Shown piece after piece: positions 7,785 through 17,900 of a DNA stretch of 64,000 nt. Each line of letters opens with the position of its first letter. The first letter of the stretch is position 1. Made by a program: the position numbers and the translations under genes. The DNA comes from a virus (Duplodnaviria; Caudoviricetes): IMG/VR virus record IMGVR_UViG_3300031998_000004; one strand, 5' to 3'. The notes beneath the pieces were generated by a model. That model was not told the origin of the DNA. It saw only the letters and a program-made list of their open reading frames with translations, and searched no databases.

Positions 7785-9064
7785 ACTAAACTTTCTTGTA
7801 AGGATTTTGGTTTCATAGTGTATTTACTATAACCAATGATACGGTTGAGTGGAACGAATCCACCAGTCCACTTCATCATCTTGCCTTTATAACTGAATAC
7901 TATACCTTCGGCACTTCTGAGATTCTCTTCACCAATCTCCCTTAAAACATCTAACCACTTCTGTAAGAATTCGTTATCTTCGAGAGAACCTTCCCTTCTG
8001 ATCTTTTCGGTGGCAACTTTCAAATCACCAAGAAGACTCTTGATGGTTCCATCTTGCCCGTCATTAACAAAACCACTGGTCACTTTAATAACATCAGCAC
8101 CCATACTATAGAAGAAATTTTGAAGTGGTGTGAGTACAGTATTAACTACTTTACTAGATGTCTTATCAAGTTTAACAAAACCATCAAGATTATCCTGATA
8201 TATTGCTTTGAGGTCCTTGAGAGATGCAGCTGTCTTATCTCCAAACACCCATCTCCTACAACAATCCATTGCTGCTTTATGATCCTCGCCTAACCACGGT
8301 TCATATTTCTCAACCCATTTAAAGAAGAGACTATATTTGAGACCTTCTATAGTAACATCTGGAGCACAATCGCATTGTTTTAAGAACTTCTGCCACTCAC
8401 CCAACCATTTCTTTTCGAGTTTTGCAGTTTCCTCACTATACTTAATGATAACAGGAGGAGTGATCTTCGCATTGTCGATTCCCTCACAAGCCTTTTCCAA
8501 CACATCTAGTCCTTTCTTGGTTACTTCTGTATTCTTCCATTCACTATCACTTTCTTGTTTTTCGTATATCCATATATTATGAAAGTCTACTTGATCAGAA
8601 GGATAGGGAATAGTATTTGTAGTTCCTGCAAGGATACATTCGCAGTTAACAACAAGTCTCTTAAGGGGCGATGGATTAAACCACTCTGGTCCGATCTTCC
8701 TAAACACAGCTTCAATGATCTTACCACCACGCGTGTAGTTATCAAGAGCATGGGGATTCTCCTTCCATTGTTCTGCAAAATCACTTAATGTCATTCCACC
8801 TTTCTCACTATTGAGATTGGTTTTATTGCGAATGAATACGACATCCCCTTTAGGATTCATACTTGCTTGCATACCAAATCCATCCATCTTCTCTGTCATA
8901 CCTTCCATCTTGCCCCCGAACATGGTACGGATAAGTTCTTCGATATCATATCCAGTAAACTCATCCACATCATATGGATGGAGCATATGTCCACTTGCTC
9001 CACCTTCAAGAACTGGCTCATTAATAGATAGTCTTTCTGTAAAATATTGTGAAAAGTGTTTCAT
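7781..9064 (-). CDS. DUF6267-like conserved T4-type phage protein with a ligase-like KxDG motif
   Basis: EGGASGHMLHPYD, TEKMDG, EGIVF...KWTG. Confidence 0.65.
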   Translation of the reverse strand: MKHFSQYFTERLSINEPVLEGGASGHMLHPYDVDEFTGYDIEELIRTMFGGKMEGMTEKMDGFGMQASMNPKGDVVFIRNKTNLNSEKGGMTLSDFAEQWKENPHALDNYTRGGKIIEAVFRKIGPEWFNPSPLKRLVVNCECILAGTTNTIPYPSDQVDFHNIWIYEKQESDSEWKNTEVTKKGLDVLEKACEGIDNAKITPPVIIKYSEETAKLEKKWLGEWQKFLKQCDCAPDVTIEGLKYSLFFKWVEKYEPWLGEDHKAAMDCCRRWVFGDKTAASLKDLKAIYQDNLDGFVKLDKTSSKVVNTVLTPLQNFFYSMGADVIKVTSGFVNDGQDGTIKSLLGDLKVATEKIRREGSLEDNEFLQKWLDVLREIGEENLRSAEGIVFSYKGKMMKWTGGFVPLNRIIGYSKYTMKPKSLQESLV

Positions 9065-10029
9065 TACTTAAGATCTTTAAATTTAGCCCCATTAAGGAGA
9101 ATATTGAGTGCGGATCCTGTATTTGCTGGAGCCGCGTCATCAGGTCCAGTTATCCCAGCACGATCAGTCTGTGGCATAACAGGACGTGGTGCTGCCCATG
9201 AAGGAGGAGTCTGTTTACGAGAAACAAATATGTCTCTATTCTTCTCTACAAGTTTGCCAATATCTTCTGCAGATTTGACATCTACACCAGCATCATTCAA
9301 ATACTTAATTGCATCTGCAAGTATATTATCGTGTCCTTTGAAAAGTTCTACAACGCGCTTTGCAAGCTTATCACCTTTAAGAGCGGAACCAAAGATATTG
9401 TTTTGAGGAGCAGCCTTACCAACAGGAAGTTTTCCTCCGTCCCCTTTATTAGGTTTACTATCATCACCAATAATAGCTGCAATCATTCCCTGAACTATTT
9501 TAAGAAAATCCTGCACAGGCTCAGGGCCTTCAACCACCATACAACTAACATGAGCATCTGGATTCATAAGTCCGACCTGACTCCATCTGTGATGACCATC
9601 AATAATCCAGTTTTTACCTTTATCCTTATATACAAGCACAGGTACTGCAAAGTTTGCTCCAAAAGCACTACCATCAAACATCTGTGGAATACATCTTACT
9701 CCCCAGTCCTTCGTCGCCCACTTTGCCGAGTTCTCAATATCGATTTCTGATTGTGTAGGATAGAGGTCTGCACAAGAGATACTCTGGCCAGGAGAGGCTG
9801 TATATTTCTTTCCTTCCTCATTCTGTCCGTCAAAGAGGTCTTTAAGAGCAGCCATCCAAAGTTTAGTATTATCTCCACTCTGTGTCTTTCCAAGAATCTT
9901 ATTTAGTTCATCAACAAAAACCTTCAAGTTGCCTTTCTTACTAAGGTCCTGAAGCATTTTATCACTGAGTTCTTTAACGTCTTCTGATTTTTCAAGCTTT
10001 TCAATTATATATTGTACAAGATGTTTCAT
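9064..10029 (-). CDS. ParB/Srx-like domain protein
   Basis: LYPTQSEID and WIIDGHHRW motifs. Confidence 0.7.
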   Translation of the reverse strand: MKHLVQYIIEKLEKSEDVKELSDKMLQDLSKKGNLKVFVDELNKILGKTQSGDNTKLWMAALKDLFDGQNEEGKKYTASPGQSISCADLYPTQSEIDIENSAKWATKDWGVRCIPQMFDGSAFGANFAVPVLVYKDKGKNWIIDGHHRWSQVGLMNPDAHVSCMVVEGPEPVQDFLKIVQGMIAAIIGDDSKPNKGDGGKLPVGKAAPQNNIFGSALKGDKLAKRVVELFKGHDNILADAIKYLNDAGVDVKSAEDIGKLVEKNRDIFVSRKQTPPSWAAPRPVMPQTDRAGITGPDDAAPANTGSALNILLNGAKFKDLK

Positions 10030-10044
10030 GGATAAATAATCATC

Positions 10045-10074
10045 AAAAAAGGACCTCCCTTAAAGAGATCCTTT
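10045..10074 (-). terminator. Intrinsic terminator closing tRNA operon 2
   Basis: AAGGATCTC...GAGGTCCTT followed by a T-run. Confidence 0.7.
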
Positions 10075-10076
10075 CG

Positions 10077-10154
10077 TGGTAGCCCGGGTGGGATTCGAAC
10101 CCACATCTTTTTCGCTTTTGAGGCGAACACGTCTCCCAGTTGCGTCACCGGGCC
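10077..10154 (-). tRNA. tRNA-Leu(CAA), short variable loop, CCA encoded
   Basis: Cloverleaf, loop CT-CAA-AA. Confidence 0.88.
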
Positions 10155-10160
10155 ATTATA

Positions 10161-10664
10161 CTATTTCTTCACAACCCAGTCAGCAAGAGTAGTGATAAGA
10201 GGACCGAAGGTCTTATAACGAACCTCGAATCCATATGACTCAAGCCATCCCTTTGAAGAAGCATAAGCTACATTGGAGCCAGCGTCTTCACGTGGGTTGA
10301 TATCAATGTCTATGTAACGGACAGGAACACCGCTTTCACGAATCCTCATGGCGACATCAAGTGATGCCTGCGTCTCAGCAGTCATTCTATCGAAGATTTC
10401 GGTCTTCTTGTAGCGTCTGGTCTTCCAACGACTGAACACACAGTGAGCGCCGTGCCCGTGTCCATCCCCATCACCTTTGTCATACATAGCGACTATAGTT
10501 GAGAATACAGTGTATGGTCCTTTGTTCTGTGAGTCGGTTCCAACCATCACATCAATATTCTGGTGGGTACTGTAGTACTCTTTCACATACTGCTCAATGT
10601 TGTCTAGCTTCTCTCCAGTAAACTTCTTAAATGAGAAAGCTCCATTTATCTTCTCTTGTTCCAT
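10161..10664 (-). CDS. RNase H-like YkuK/DUF458 family protein
   Basis: VGTDSQ, E...S, IDIDIN, ADW motifs. Confidence 0.8.
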   Translation of the reverse strand: MEQEKINGAFSFKKFTGEKLDNIEQYVKEYYSTHQNIDVMVGTDSQNKGPYTVFSTIVAMYDKGDGDGHGHGAHCVFSRWKTRRYKKTEIFDRMTAETQASLDVAMRIRESGVPVRYIDIDINPREDAGSNVAYASSKGWLESYGFEVRYKTFGPLITTLADWVVKK

Positions 10665-10687
10665 GACTATATTTATTTAATCTTTTG

Positions 10688-10776
10688 CGGAGAGCACTGG
10701 AGTCGAACCAGATCCGGGTTTTAACCGAACGAACCGCCTTCCAAACGGACGCCCTCACCGTCGGGCTTTACTCTCC
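10688..10776 (-). tRNA. tRNA-Ser(GGA)
   Basis: Type II cloverleaf, G73. Confidence 0.88.
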
Positions 10777-10785
10777 ATTATAATG

Positions 10786-10874
10786 CGGAAGAAGGAGGAG
10801 TCGAACCCCAAGCCTTGTTTAAGGGCTCAATCCGCTTTCGAGACGGTTTCGGTCACCGTTCCGATTCTTCTTCC
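10786..10874 (-). tRNA. tRNA-Ser(CGA)
   Basis: Type II cloverleaf, loop CT-CGA-AA. Confidence 0.9.
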
Positions 10875-10882
10875 AAACCGTG

Positions 10883-10966
10883 CGGAGGGAAGAGGAGTCG
10901 AACCCCAGCCCAAAAGGACCAATCCGCTTTCAAGACGGTTCCCATCTCCGTCAGGGTTTGCCCTCC
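10883..10966 (-). tRNA. tRNA-Ser(TGA)
   Basis: Type II cloverleaf, loop CT-TGA-AA. Confidence 0.9.
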
Positions 10967-10975
10967 ACAGTGTTG

Positions 10976-11066
10976 CGGTGGGAGTGGGGCTCGAACCCAC
11001 GCGCCGGGTTTTAACCGACCTAACGGTTTAGCAAACCGTCCCCTTCACCAACTTGGGTATCCCACC
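10976..11066 (-). tRNA. tRNA-Ser(GCT)
   Basis: Type II cloverleaf, loop TT-GCT-AA. Confidence 0.92.
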
Positions 11067-11073
11067 GGGTACT

Positions 11074-11409
11074 TTATATCTCTTTATTCTGTAACATCCT
11101 CAGAGCTTCACGAGTACCAGGACATTTGTCATTGACATAGTCTTCATCGAATGCCCCGTTCTTGTCCCAACAAGCTTCTACGATTGCAATGTTGGAAACA
11201 ATCACACCATCGATATTTTTACTCAGACCTTTGATCGCGGGTGTGAGATCATCGATGTTGGCCGGTTTCTCTCGCCCGACTAGCCAGACTTCATTGTGTC
11301 TGGTTACAACCTGACCCCATGTGACCTTGAAGATGTTTTTAAGGAACTCTCCTACCTGTGGCGTCTTCTTACCACGTTTTGAAATGATAATGCTGTAAAC
11401 GTTATACAT
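11074..11409 (-). CDS. Hypothetical protein, first gene after attenuator 2
   Basis: 111-aa ORF. Confidence 0.65.
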   Translation of the reverse strand: MYNVYSIIISKRGKKTPQVGEFLKNIFKVTWGQVVTRHNEVWLVGREKPANIDDLTPAIKGLSKNIDGVIVSNIAIVEACWDKNGAFDEDYVNDKCPGTREALRMLQNKEI

Positions 11410-11449
11410 ACTTAATGTTTTGTTTTTTGTTTATTGAGTTATATATAAC

Positions 11450-11478
11450 AAAAAAGAGCTGCATCTTTTGTGCAACTC
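11450..11478 (-). terminator. Attenuator terminator of tRNA operon 2
   Basis: GAGTTGCA-caaaaga-TGCAGCTC followed by a T-run. Confidence 0.85.
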
Positions 11479-11511
11479 CGAAAAAAATCACTCGTATACT
11501 AAATTGCACAA

Positions 11512-11577
11512 CTAACCGATAGTCCTATCGAGAGAACTACTCAATGACAATTCAATATTCGCATATGTTCTTTTCAT
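11512..11577 (-). CDS. Putative attenuator leader peptide MKRTYANIELSLSSSLDRTIG
   Basis: 21 sense codons with a TTG TCA TTG AGT AGT TCT CTC run; stop abuts the antiterminator strand. Confidence 0.8.
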   Translation of the reverse strand: MKRTYANIELSLSSSLDRTIG

Positions 11578-11581
11578 ATCC

Positions 11582-11657
11582 TGGAGCAGCACGCGAGATT
11601 CGAACTCGTACCTTAACCTTGGGAAGGTCATATGCTAACCACTAACACTAGTGCTGC
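11582..11657 (-). tRNA. tRNA-Gly(CCC), CCA encoded
   Basis: Cloverleaf, loop TT-CCC-AA. Confidence 0.9.
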
Positions 11658-11689
11658 ATTTATGTAACTTATTGATTATCAATCAAATG

Positions 11690-12115
11690 CGGAAGGTAAG
11701 AGATTCGAACTCCTGGGCCGCTCACGCGACCAACGGTTTTCCTTACACACATTCCTTTCGGATCGTGGTCTGGACTCTATCTTAACCATATTGAAATCTT
11801 GCAAGATACCTTTAGCAGTGTTCCAATACACTATATTAATTCGGACTGGATTTCTTTTTAACCGAACTAAAGATAATTTCAACTTAGGTTCCTCCTGTAT
11901 AGTCTCTACACACTGTCTAACTTATCGGTCTCACTACGTCAAGCTGGGAATTACTCCAACTCCGGACTTAAAAGTTTTAACATTGGCTCGGTATTACCAT
12001 CAGCATTACCTGTTAAGGTTCTACCGAATTAGGGAGGTTCTACTTCTTTTCTTTCAAAAAGAGCACTCGAATTAAAAATCAAGACCGCCGCTTTAGACCA
12101 CTCAGCCAACCTTCC
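11690..12115 (-). tRNA. tRNA-Ser(TGA) interrupted by a group I intron (exons 12115-12081 and 11751-11690)
   Basis: Joining GCGGTCTT and GAAAACCGT restores CT-TGA-AA; long variable arm; G73. Confidence 0.9.
11752..12080 (-). ncRNA. Group I self-splicing intron, about 329 nt, no ORF
   Basis: 5' exon ends in U and intron ends in G; core elements TGTAGAGACT and AAGATAGAGTCC. Confidence 0.88.
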
Positions 12116-12134
12116 AATATTTATATTAAAAATA

Positions 12135-12725
12135 CTAATAACCCTTCAATTCTTTAAGTTTCTGTAATTCCTTTTTTGGTAACTCCCGTAGAGTAGCTCT
12201 CCAAATATCTGTTTCTACTGCATCATCAAGTTGTAATCCAAATATTCCACCCGCGGTTTCCGGAAAGAGATGATTGCATATAGTTTGATAAATACTCGAC
12301 TGACCACCAAAGTTATAATACCAGCATCCCGACCATCCTTGGTGTTTATACCGTTCGATGTCTAATCCCATTATCTCTGCGAACGCATCTCGAATCTCAA
12401 TTGATCTTGTATGATTCATCCAACGAAGATAATCCGGATCTCTCTTGATGCGCTTCTCTATAGAAGTCCCTCTTAACACCATCCGCACCCAATTCATAAT
12501 CCTCAAGATGCACTTATTGTGGTCGCTCTCCGCAGCAATATAGTTTTTATACTCATGATCATCCGACTTTTGTATCTCTCGTCGAATCTCTCGTTGTCTC
12601 TCGGACAAGAGTTTGATCAGTCTGTTAAGTTCAATTACTTTACTTTTTAAGAATGGCGTCATACAAATATATATAACAAAAAAGAGAGCCTTGTTTAAGA
12701 CTCTCTTTTCTCGACACAACACCAA
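12135..12725 (-). CDS. Hypothetical protein (probable start MTPFLK), paralog of 13992..14501
   Basis: Shared ILxIxxWVRxxLxGxSIE and FP...G.F.L motifs. Confidence 0.65.
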   Translation of the reverse strand: MVLCREKRVLNKALFFVIYICMTPFLKSKVIELNRLIKLLSERQREIRREIQKSDDHEYKNYIAAESDHNKCILRIMNWVRMVLRGTSIEKRIKRDPDYLRWMNHTRSIEIRDAFAEIMGLDIERYKHQGWSGCWYYNFGGQSSIYQTICNHLFPETAGGIFGLQLDDAVETDIWRATLRELPKKELQKLKELKGY

Positions 12726-12773
12726 TTAGTTATTTTGATATGAAGGATAGTTACCATAATTTGTACGGTTACT

Positions 12774-13304
12774 TCACACTTCTATATTAGTATTTTCGTC
12801 TGTTATAGCATAGTTATCAAGTGAATCCAATACCTTGAGATGATACACGTATACGCCAGATACTCCTGGATTGGGAATAGTGAATGGAACGGGAGTGCCT
12901 TTATCAATATTTGTATATTCCTGAAGATATACTTCATTTCCATTTATAACCTGATATAATACCGCACGCTTCACGCCAGTACCACCATCAATCTTAAACT
13001 GTCCATTGATAATCTCGCCTTCTTCAGCATTAAAATCATTATCTCCAATAAGATGAAGTGTAAGAGATAACTGTTCCACTTTTTGAACAAGATCTTCATC
13101 TTTAATACCAGTCTTCCACTGATACTCTTCGAAATTATTTTCGGTTTCGATGGCAACAGTTAATCCGCGACGTCTTCTGGCTATAGGTATATTTGCACAA
13201 GCTTCCTCTATTGATGACCATGGACCATAAAGCGCGTCTACATTGGCTACAGGAGACGTTACAAGAACCGGTTTTGATATATTAAACGATTTTGGCAATA
13301 CCAT
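12774..13304 (-). CDS. Putative tail-associated protein
   Basis: YGPWSS..A..IP..RR.GLTVAI..EYQW motif typical of Bacteroidetes phage structural proteins. Confidence 0.55.
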   Translation of the reverse strand: MVLPKSFNISKPVLVTSPVANVDALYGPWSSIEEACANIPIARRRRGLTVAIETENNFEEYQWKTGIKDEDLVQKVEQLSLTLHLIGDNDFNAEEGEIINGQFKIDGGTGVKRAVLYQVINGNEVYLQEYTNIDKGTPVPFTIPNPGVSGVYVYHLKVLDSLDNYAITDENTNIEV

Positions 13305-13326
13305 ATATTATATGTATGATTTTTTT

Positions 13327-13929
13327 TTACTTAATAAATGATAAAGAAACATTGGTATTGGGGGATATTCCGGGAAAATATATTTCGTATAGATTATACT
13401 CGATATCATTAAGAACAAATGTCCCGTTTAATTTAACAAAATCATCAAGTAATGATTCGTTGTTTGCTGTTATGGCTTTGCTTATTCTATAGTTTTTATA
13501 TAACGCCACATATAAGTATTGTTGGCTTGTGCCAGTAACCACAGACATCGATGTTGTATGTGCGAGCGCAGGTACTCGTTCGGGTGCGGTTTGAATAGTC
13601 ACTGCTGTACTCAATGATCCGTAATAAGCGGGATAATCAAGTGTTTGAGGAGGTGTTGGTGTCCCACCATGATAACTAGTCCATTGACAAATAAGCAAGT
13701 CATTATATTCTATTGGATTACTTTCCCATAGAATATAATCTTCTCTATCAGCGAATGCTCTACATAGATTATTATCTATATCATCAAACACATATCCTAT
13801 ACGTGCTTGTAATGAGTCTTTTATAAATTTTTGTACCTTCTCACCGGACACTGGGCGTCCAAATGTTGATTCATCCCCTTCCCAATCCTGATGTTTGTTT
13901 ATATCAATATTCCAAATCTTTTTACTCAT
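13327..13929 (-). CDS. Putative tail-associated protein; N-terminus similar to 14932..23052
   Basis: PVSGEKVQKFIKD..IGY versus PASGYAVQNYIKD.IGVGY. Confidence 0.6.
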   Translation of the reverse strand: MSKKIWNIDINKHQDWEGDESTFGRPVSGEKVQKFIKDSLQARIGYVFDDIDNNLCRAFADREDYILWESNPIEYNDLLICQWTSYHGGTPTPPQTLDYPAYYGSLSTAVTIQTAPERVPALAHTTSMSVVTGTSQQYLYVALYKNYRISKAITANNESLLDDFVKLNGTFVLNDIEYNLYEIYFPGISPNTNVSLSFIK

Positions 13930-13991
13930 ACATAAATAATAACAAAAAAAGAGACCCGTTAAGAGTCTCTATTGTAGAAATTCATTTTAGT

Positions 13992-14501
13992 CTATCCTAT
14001 AAATTCCAATATTTCTTTTTTGATTTCATGTAATCGAACCGAACCATAATCACCACCCATCAAATCAAATAAGCTCCCATCTCGAGGGAAGTACGTGTCT
14101 ACAATATGTAATATTAGATTTCGATATGTTATCCAGGTTCTCCACGAGGTGTGTTCAATCTCGCCTTCTTTCAATCCGAGCGCTTCCTGAATCCAAGGAT
14201 ATATATTTACGCCTTGATATCCTTTAAACATCCGCTGATTGATAAGCCCAGATGTTTTCATTGACGCGATCTCAATTGAGTCTCCTTTCAGTAGGTATCT
14301 CACCCATTGAATTATCTTGAGAATAGCTTGATCACAACACCTCTCCAAGTATTCGGGAGAATCAGAATGTGTAAGTTTACAGGATTTCCTTAATGTCTCT
14401 AGTCTCTCCATGAACTTTTGAAGTAGGTCAGTTACCCGATCAAGTGTCTCTCTGTGTTGTGAATCAAGATGATTTAAGTCGTACATAAATTTATATAACA
14501 A
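13992..14501 (-). CDS. Hypothetical protein, paralog of 12135..12725
   Basis: Shared motifs. Confidence 0.65.
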   Translation of the reverse strand: MLYKFMYDLNHLDSQHRETLDRVTDLLQKFMERLETLRKSCKLTHSDSPEYLERCCDQAILKIIQWVRYLLKGDSIEIASMKTSGLINQRMFKGYQGVNIYPWIQEALGLKEGEIEHTSWRTWITYRNLILHIVDTYFPRDGSLFDLMGGDYGSVRLHEIKKEILEFIG

Positions 14502-14537
14502 AAGAAGGCCCTACCTTTAGTAAGACCTTTCTTATGG

Positions 14538-14915
14538 TTATGCATTATCATACATCTCCATTACAATCTCACGAGATTTTCGTTTACACTCTTCACAGTA
14601 ATCAAAATACTCTTGAAAGGCCTCTGGTTTGGTGTCTCGTTGTCTGTTGATAGCTATCTCGTCATCGACAGTATACTTCTCGCGAATAAACCCGACAATC
14701 AACTCCACATACTTATCTCGGTTCTCCTCGAAGTATTCGTCTCCAGATACTTCGTCATAATCGCTAATTTTTTCAAGATAAGGCTCATCTAACTTCACAC
14801 CATCTCTATAGTATATATATCCAAGAGACCACTCGGCACCCACAACCACACCATCCTCTATATGACGGAGTTTCTTCCCTTCATCTGCTATTATTGTATT
14901 TCCTTTTATTATCAT
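14538..14915 (-). CDS. Putative tail-fibre assembly/chaperone protein
   Basis: IIADEGKKL and IREKYTVDDEIAI; directly downstream of the giant fibre gene. Confidence 0.55.
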   Translation of the reverse strand: MIIKGNTIIADEGKKLRHIEDGVVVGAEWSLGYIYYRDGVKLDEPYLEKISDYDEVSGDEYFEENRDKYVELIVGFIREKYTVDDEIAINRQRDTKPEAFQEYFDYCEECKRKSREIVMEMYDNA

Positions 14916-14931
14916 ATTTTTACATGTTAAT

Positions 14932-17900
14932 TTATGCTATTGCTGAAATTATTGATGCGTAAGAATTCCAGTTTGATGCAGTCTGATAATCTATTACACT
15001 TCCTGATGGAACATAGATATTTTGCACAACAGTGGTTCCTGGGAGAGTATACGGATATATTGTCGGTGGAGTGGTTGGGAGACTGGTGATGGTCGTTAGG
15101 TGAGAGCAACCATTAAATGCATTACTTCCAATGCTAGTAACAGAACTACCAATTGTAACTGATATTAACCCTGTACAGTCACCAAACGCGGAGTTGCCAA
15201 TAGTTGTGACGGAATTGCCAATTATAATTGTTGTTAATCCAGTACATTTATAAAACACACTATTATTAATTGTTGTAACAGTATTTGGAATATTGATAGA
15301 ATTAAGCCACGTTTGTTCATAAAACGCATATGTTCCAATTATATTAACACCTTCTCCTAAAATTACACGTTCTATTGAAGAACATTGATAAAACACAGCA
15401 TTACTACTATCTATACGGAAACAATTATTTGGTATATCACAGCATATTGTCACCTCAACCAATCCGGTACAAGAGTAGAACGCCCCCGAACTAATTGATG
15501 TAATAGATGATGGAAGAGTAATTGAATTTAATCCGGAGCAATTTTGAAAAGCGTATTGTCTGATTGTTGTGACTGAATTTGGAATATTGATTGATGTCAA
15601 CCCAGTACATCCTTCAAATGCATAAGAATCAATTGATGTAACTGTATTCGGAATAACTGAGTTTTTACACCCAAAATAAAGAATATTAGTTGATGTTCCA
15701 ATAATACAATCATGTCCCCCATTAGAGCTACCATCATTATATACAGTATTACTAGAATCAACCGTTATACTTGATAAAGAAGTGCACCCAGCAAACGCTT
15801 CATACATAATACTAGTACAAGCAATTGGAATATTAATTGAAGTTAATCCTGTACAATTTTGGAATGCGTTTGATCCAATTGATGTAATAGATGATGGGAG
15901 AGTGATTGAAGTTAATCCAGTACACCCATAAAAAGCCCCATTTCCAATATTTAAAACTCCTTGGGGAATGACTGAATTTTTACACCCAATATATAAATAA
16001 TTATTCGATTTCCTAATAATACAATTACTACCACCAACATTTCTACCATCATAATATGTGGAGTTACCATAATCAACTGTTATGCTTGACACCGAATAAC
16101 ATCCATAAAATGAGTTAGACTGCAGTGATGTAACCGAAGATGGAATATTGATTGATGCTAAATTCGAACAGAAATAAAATGCAGAATAATCAATTGTAGT
16201 AACAGTATTAGGAATATTGATTGAAGTCAATCCTGTACATTCATCAAATGCATAATTATTGATTCTTACAACCCCTTGTGGAATAACTGAATTTTTACAT
16301 CCACAATAAAGAATATTATTCGATGTCCCAATAATACAATCATGTCCATCAGCAGCACTACCATCATTAAATGTTGGATTGCTAGGATCAACTGTTATAC
16401 TTGCTAATAATGGACAATTCTTAAACACTGAAGTTTCAATTGTTGTAACAGAACTACCTATAGTTATCGATGTTAACCCGGAGCAATTTTGAAAAGCGTA
16501 TTGTCTGATTGTTGTGACGGAATTTGGAATAACAATTGTATCTATCCAATCGATTCCATCAAACACATTTGACCCAATATCGACTATTCCTTCACCCAAA
16601 GTAATGCTTTCAATATTTTCACACCCATTAAATGCTGAATATGATTTATCAAAATCAAAACAATGAGATGGAATATTACAATACATTGTAACATCTGTTA
16701 ATCCTGTACAATTTCTGAATACTCCCCCTCCCATTGATGTAACAGATGAAGGAAGAGTGATTGATATTAATCCCGTACAACCCTCAAACGCACCAGAAAC
16801 AATTGTTGTAACGGATGACGGAATATTGATTGATACCAATCCAGTACAGTTTTGAAATGCCCTATTATTAATTGTTGTAACGGATGATGGAATATTGATT
16901 GATGTCAATCCAGTACAATTCTGGAACGTATAATTATTAATTGTTGTAACGGATGATGGAATATTGATTGATGTCAATCCAGTACATCCATAAAATGCCG
17001 AACTACCAATCGATGTAACTGATGATGGGAGAGTGATCGATGTTATATTTGGACAATTAGAAAATGCACTATTACCAATAGCTGTAACGGAATTTCCCAT
17101 TGTAACAGATGTTAATCCAGTACATCCATCGAATACATCCTGACCAATTGTTATAACTGAATTTGGGATAATAATGGATGTCAACCATTGTTGAACATTA
17201 AACGCTCGTGATCCAATATTAATAACTCCTTCCCCCAAAGTAACGTTCCTGATATTTGGACAATTAAAAAAACAACTGTATGTTTGTGATATATTAAAAC
17301 AATTGTCGGGTACATCACAATACATTATAACATCTGTTAATCCCGTACAACCCTCAAACGCTTGATTAGCAATCGTAGTAACAGTGCTGGGGATAGTTAT
17401 AGAATCCAACCAATCCAGCCAATTATTGTAACCATAAAAAGCTCGTTGTCCGATCGATGTTACACCTTCTCCTAAAGTAATACTTCTTATATTTGCACAA
17501 TTATAAAAGCGCGCGCTGTCTGTTCTTGAAAAACAATAGGATGGAACATCACAATACATAGTTACACTAGTTAATCCAGTACAATTCTGAAAAGCCTGCG
17601 CTTCTAGTGTTATGACTGATGATGGAATGGTGATTGATGTTATTCCCACACTAGTGAACACATAACTCTTAATTGTTGTAACTGATGATGGGATATTAAT
17701 TGAAGATAATTTCGAACAATTATAAAATGCATTATATTCAATAGTCTGAATATTATTTGGAATAATGACTGATTCTAATTTTGTGCACCCGTAGAAACAT
17801 CCTTTAGGTATAGTTCTCAATCCAGTAAAATGTCTAAATTCATCAAAATTGGTGCAGTTGTCTCTAAATGCATTATCATATGAGAATATACTATAATTCT

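Noticed and set aside
10783-12075. ORFs 10783..11031, 10815..11135, 11679..11882 and 11791..12075 (also 6424..6618)
   Set aside because: They overlap tRNA genes or the intron and are spurious.
15100-17830. CRISPR-like periodic repeats
   Set aside because: They are in-frame coding LRR units with no unique spacers and no cas genes.
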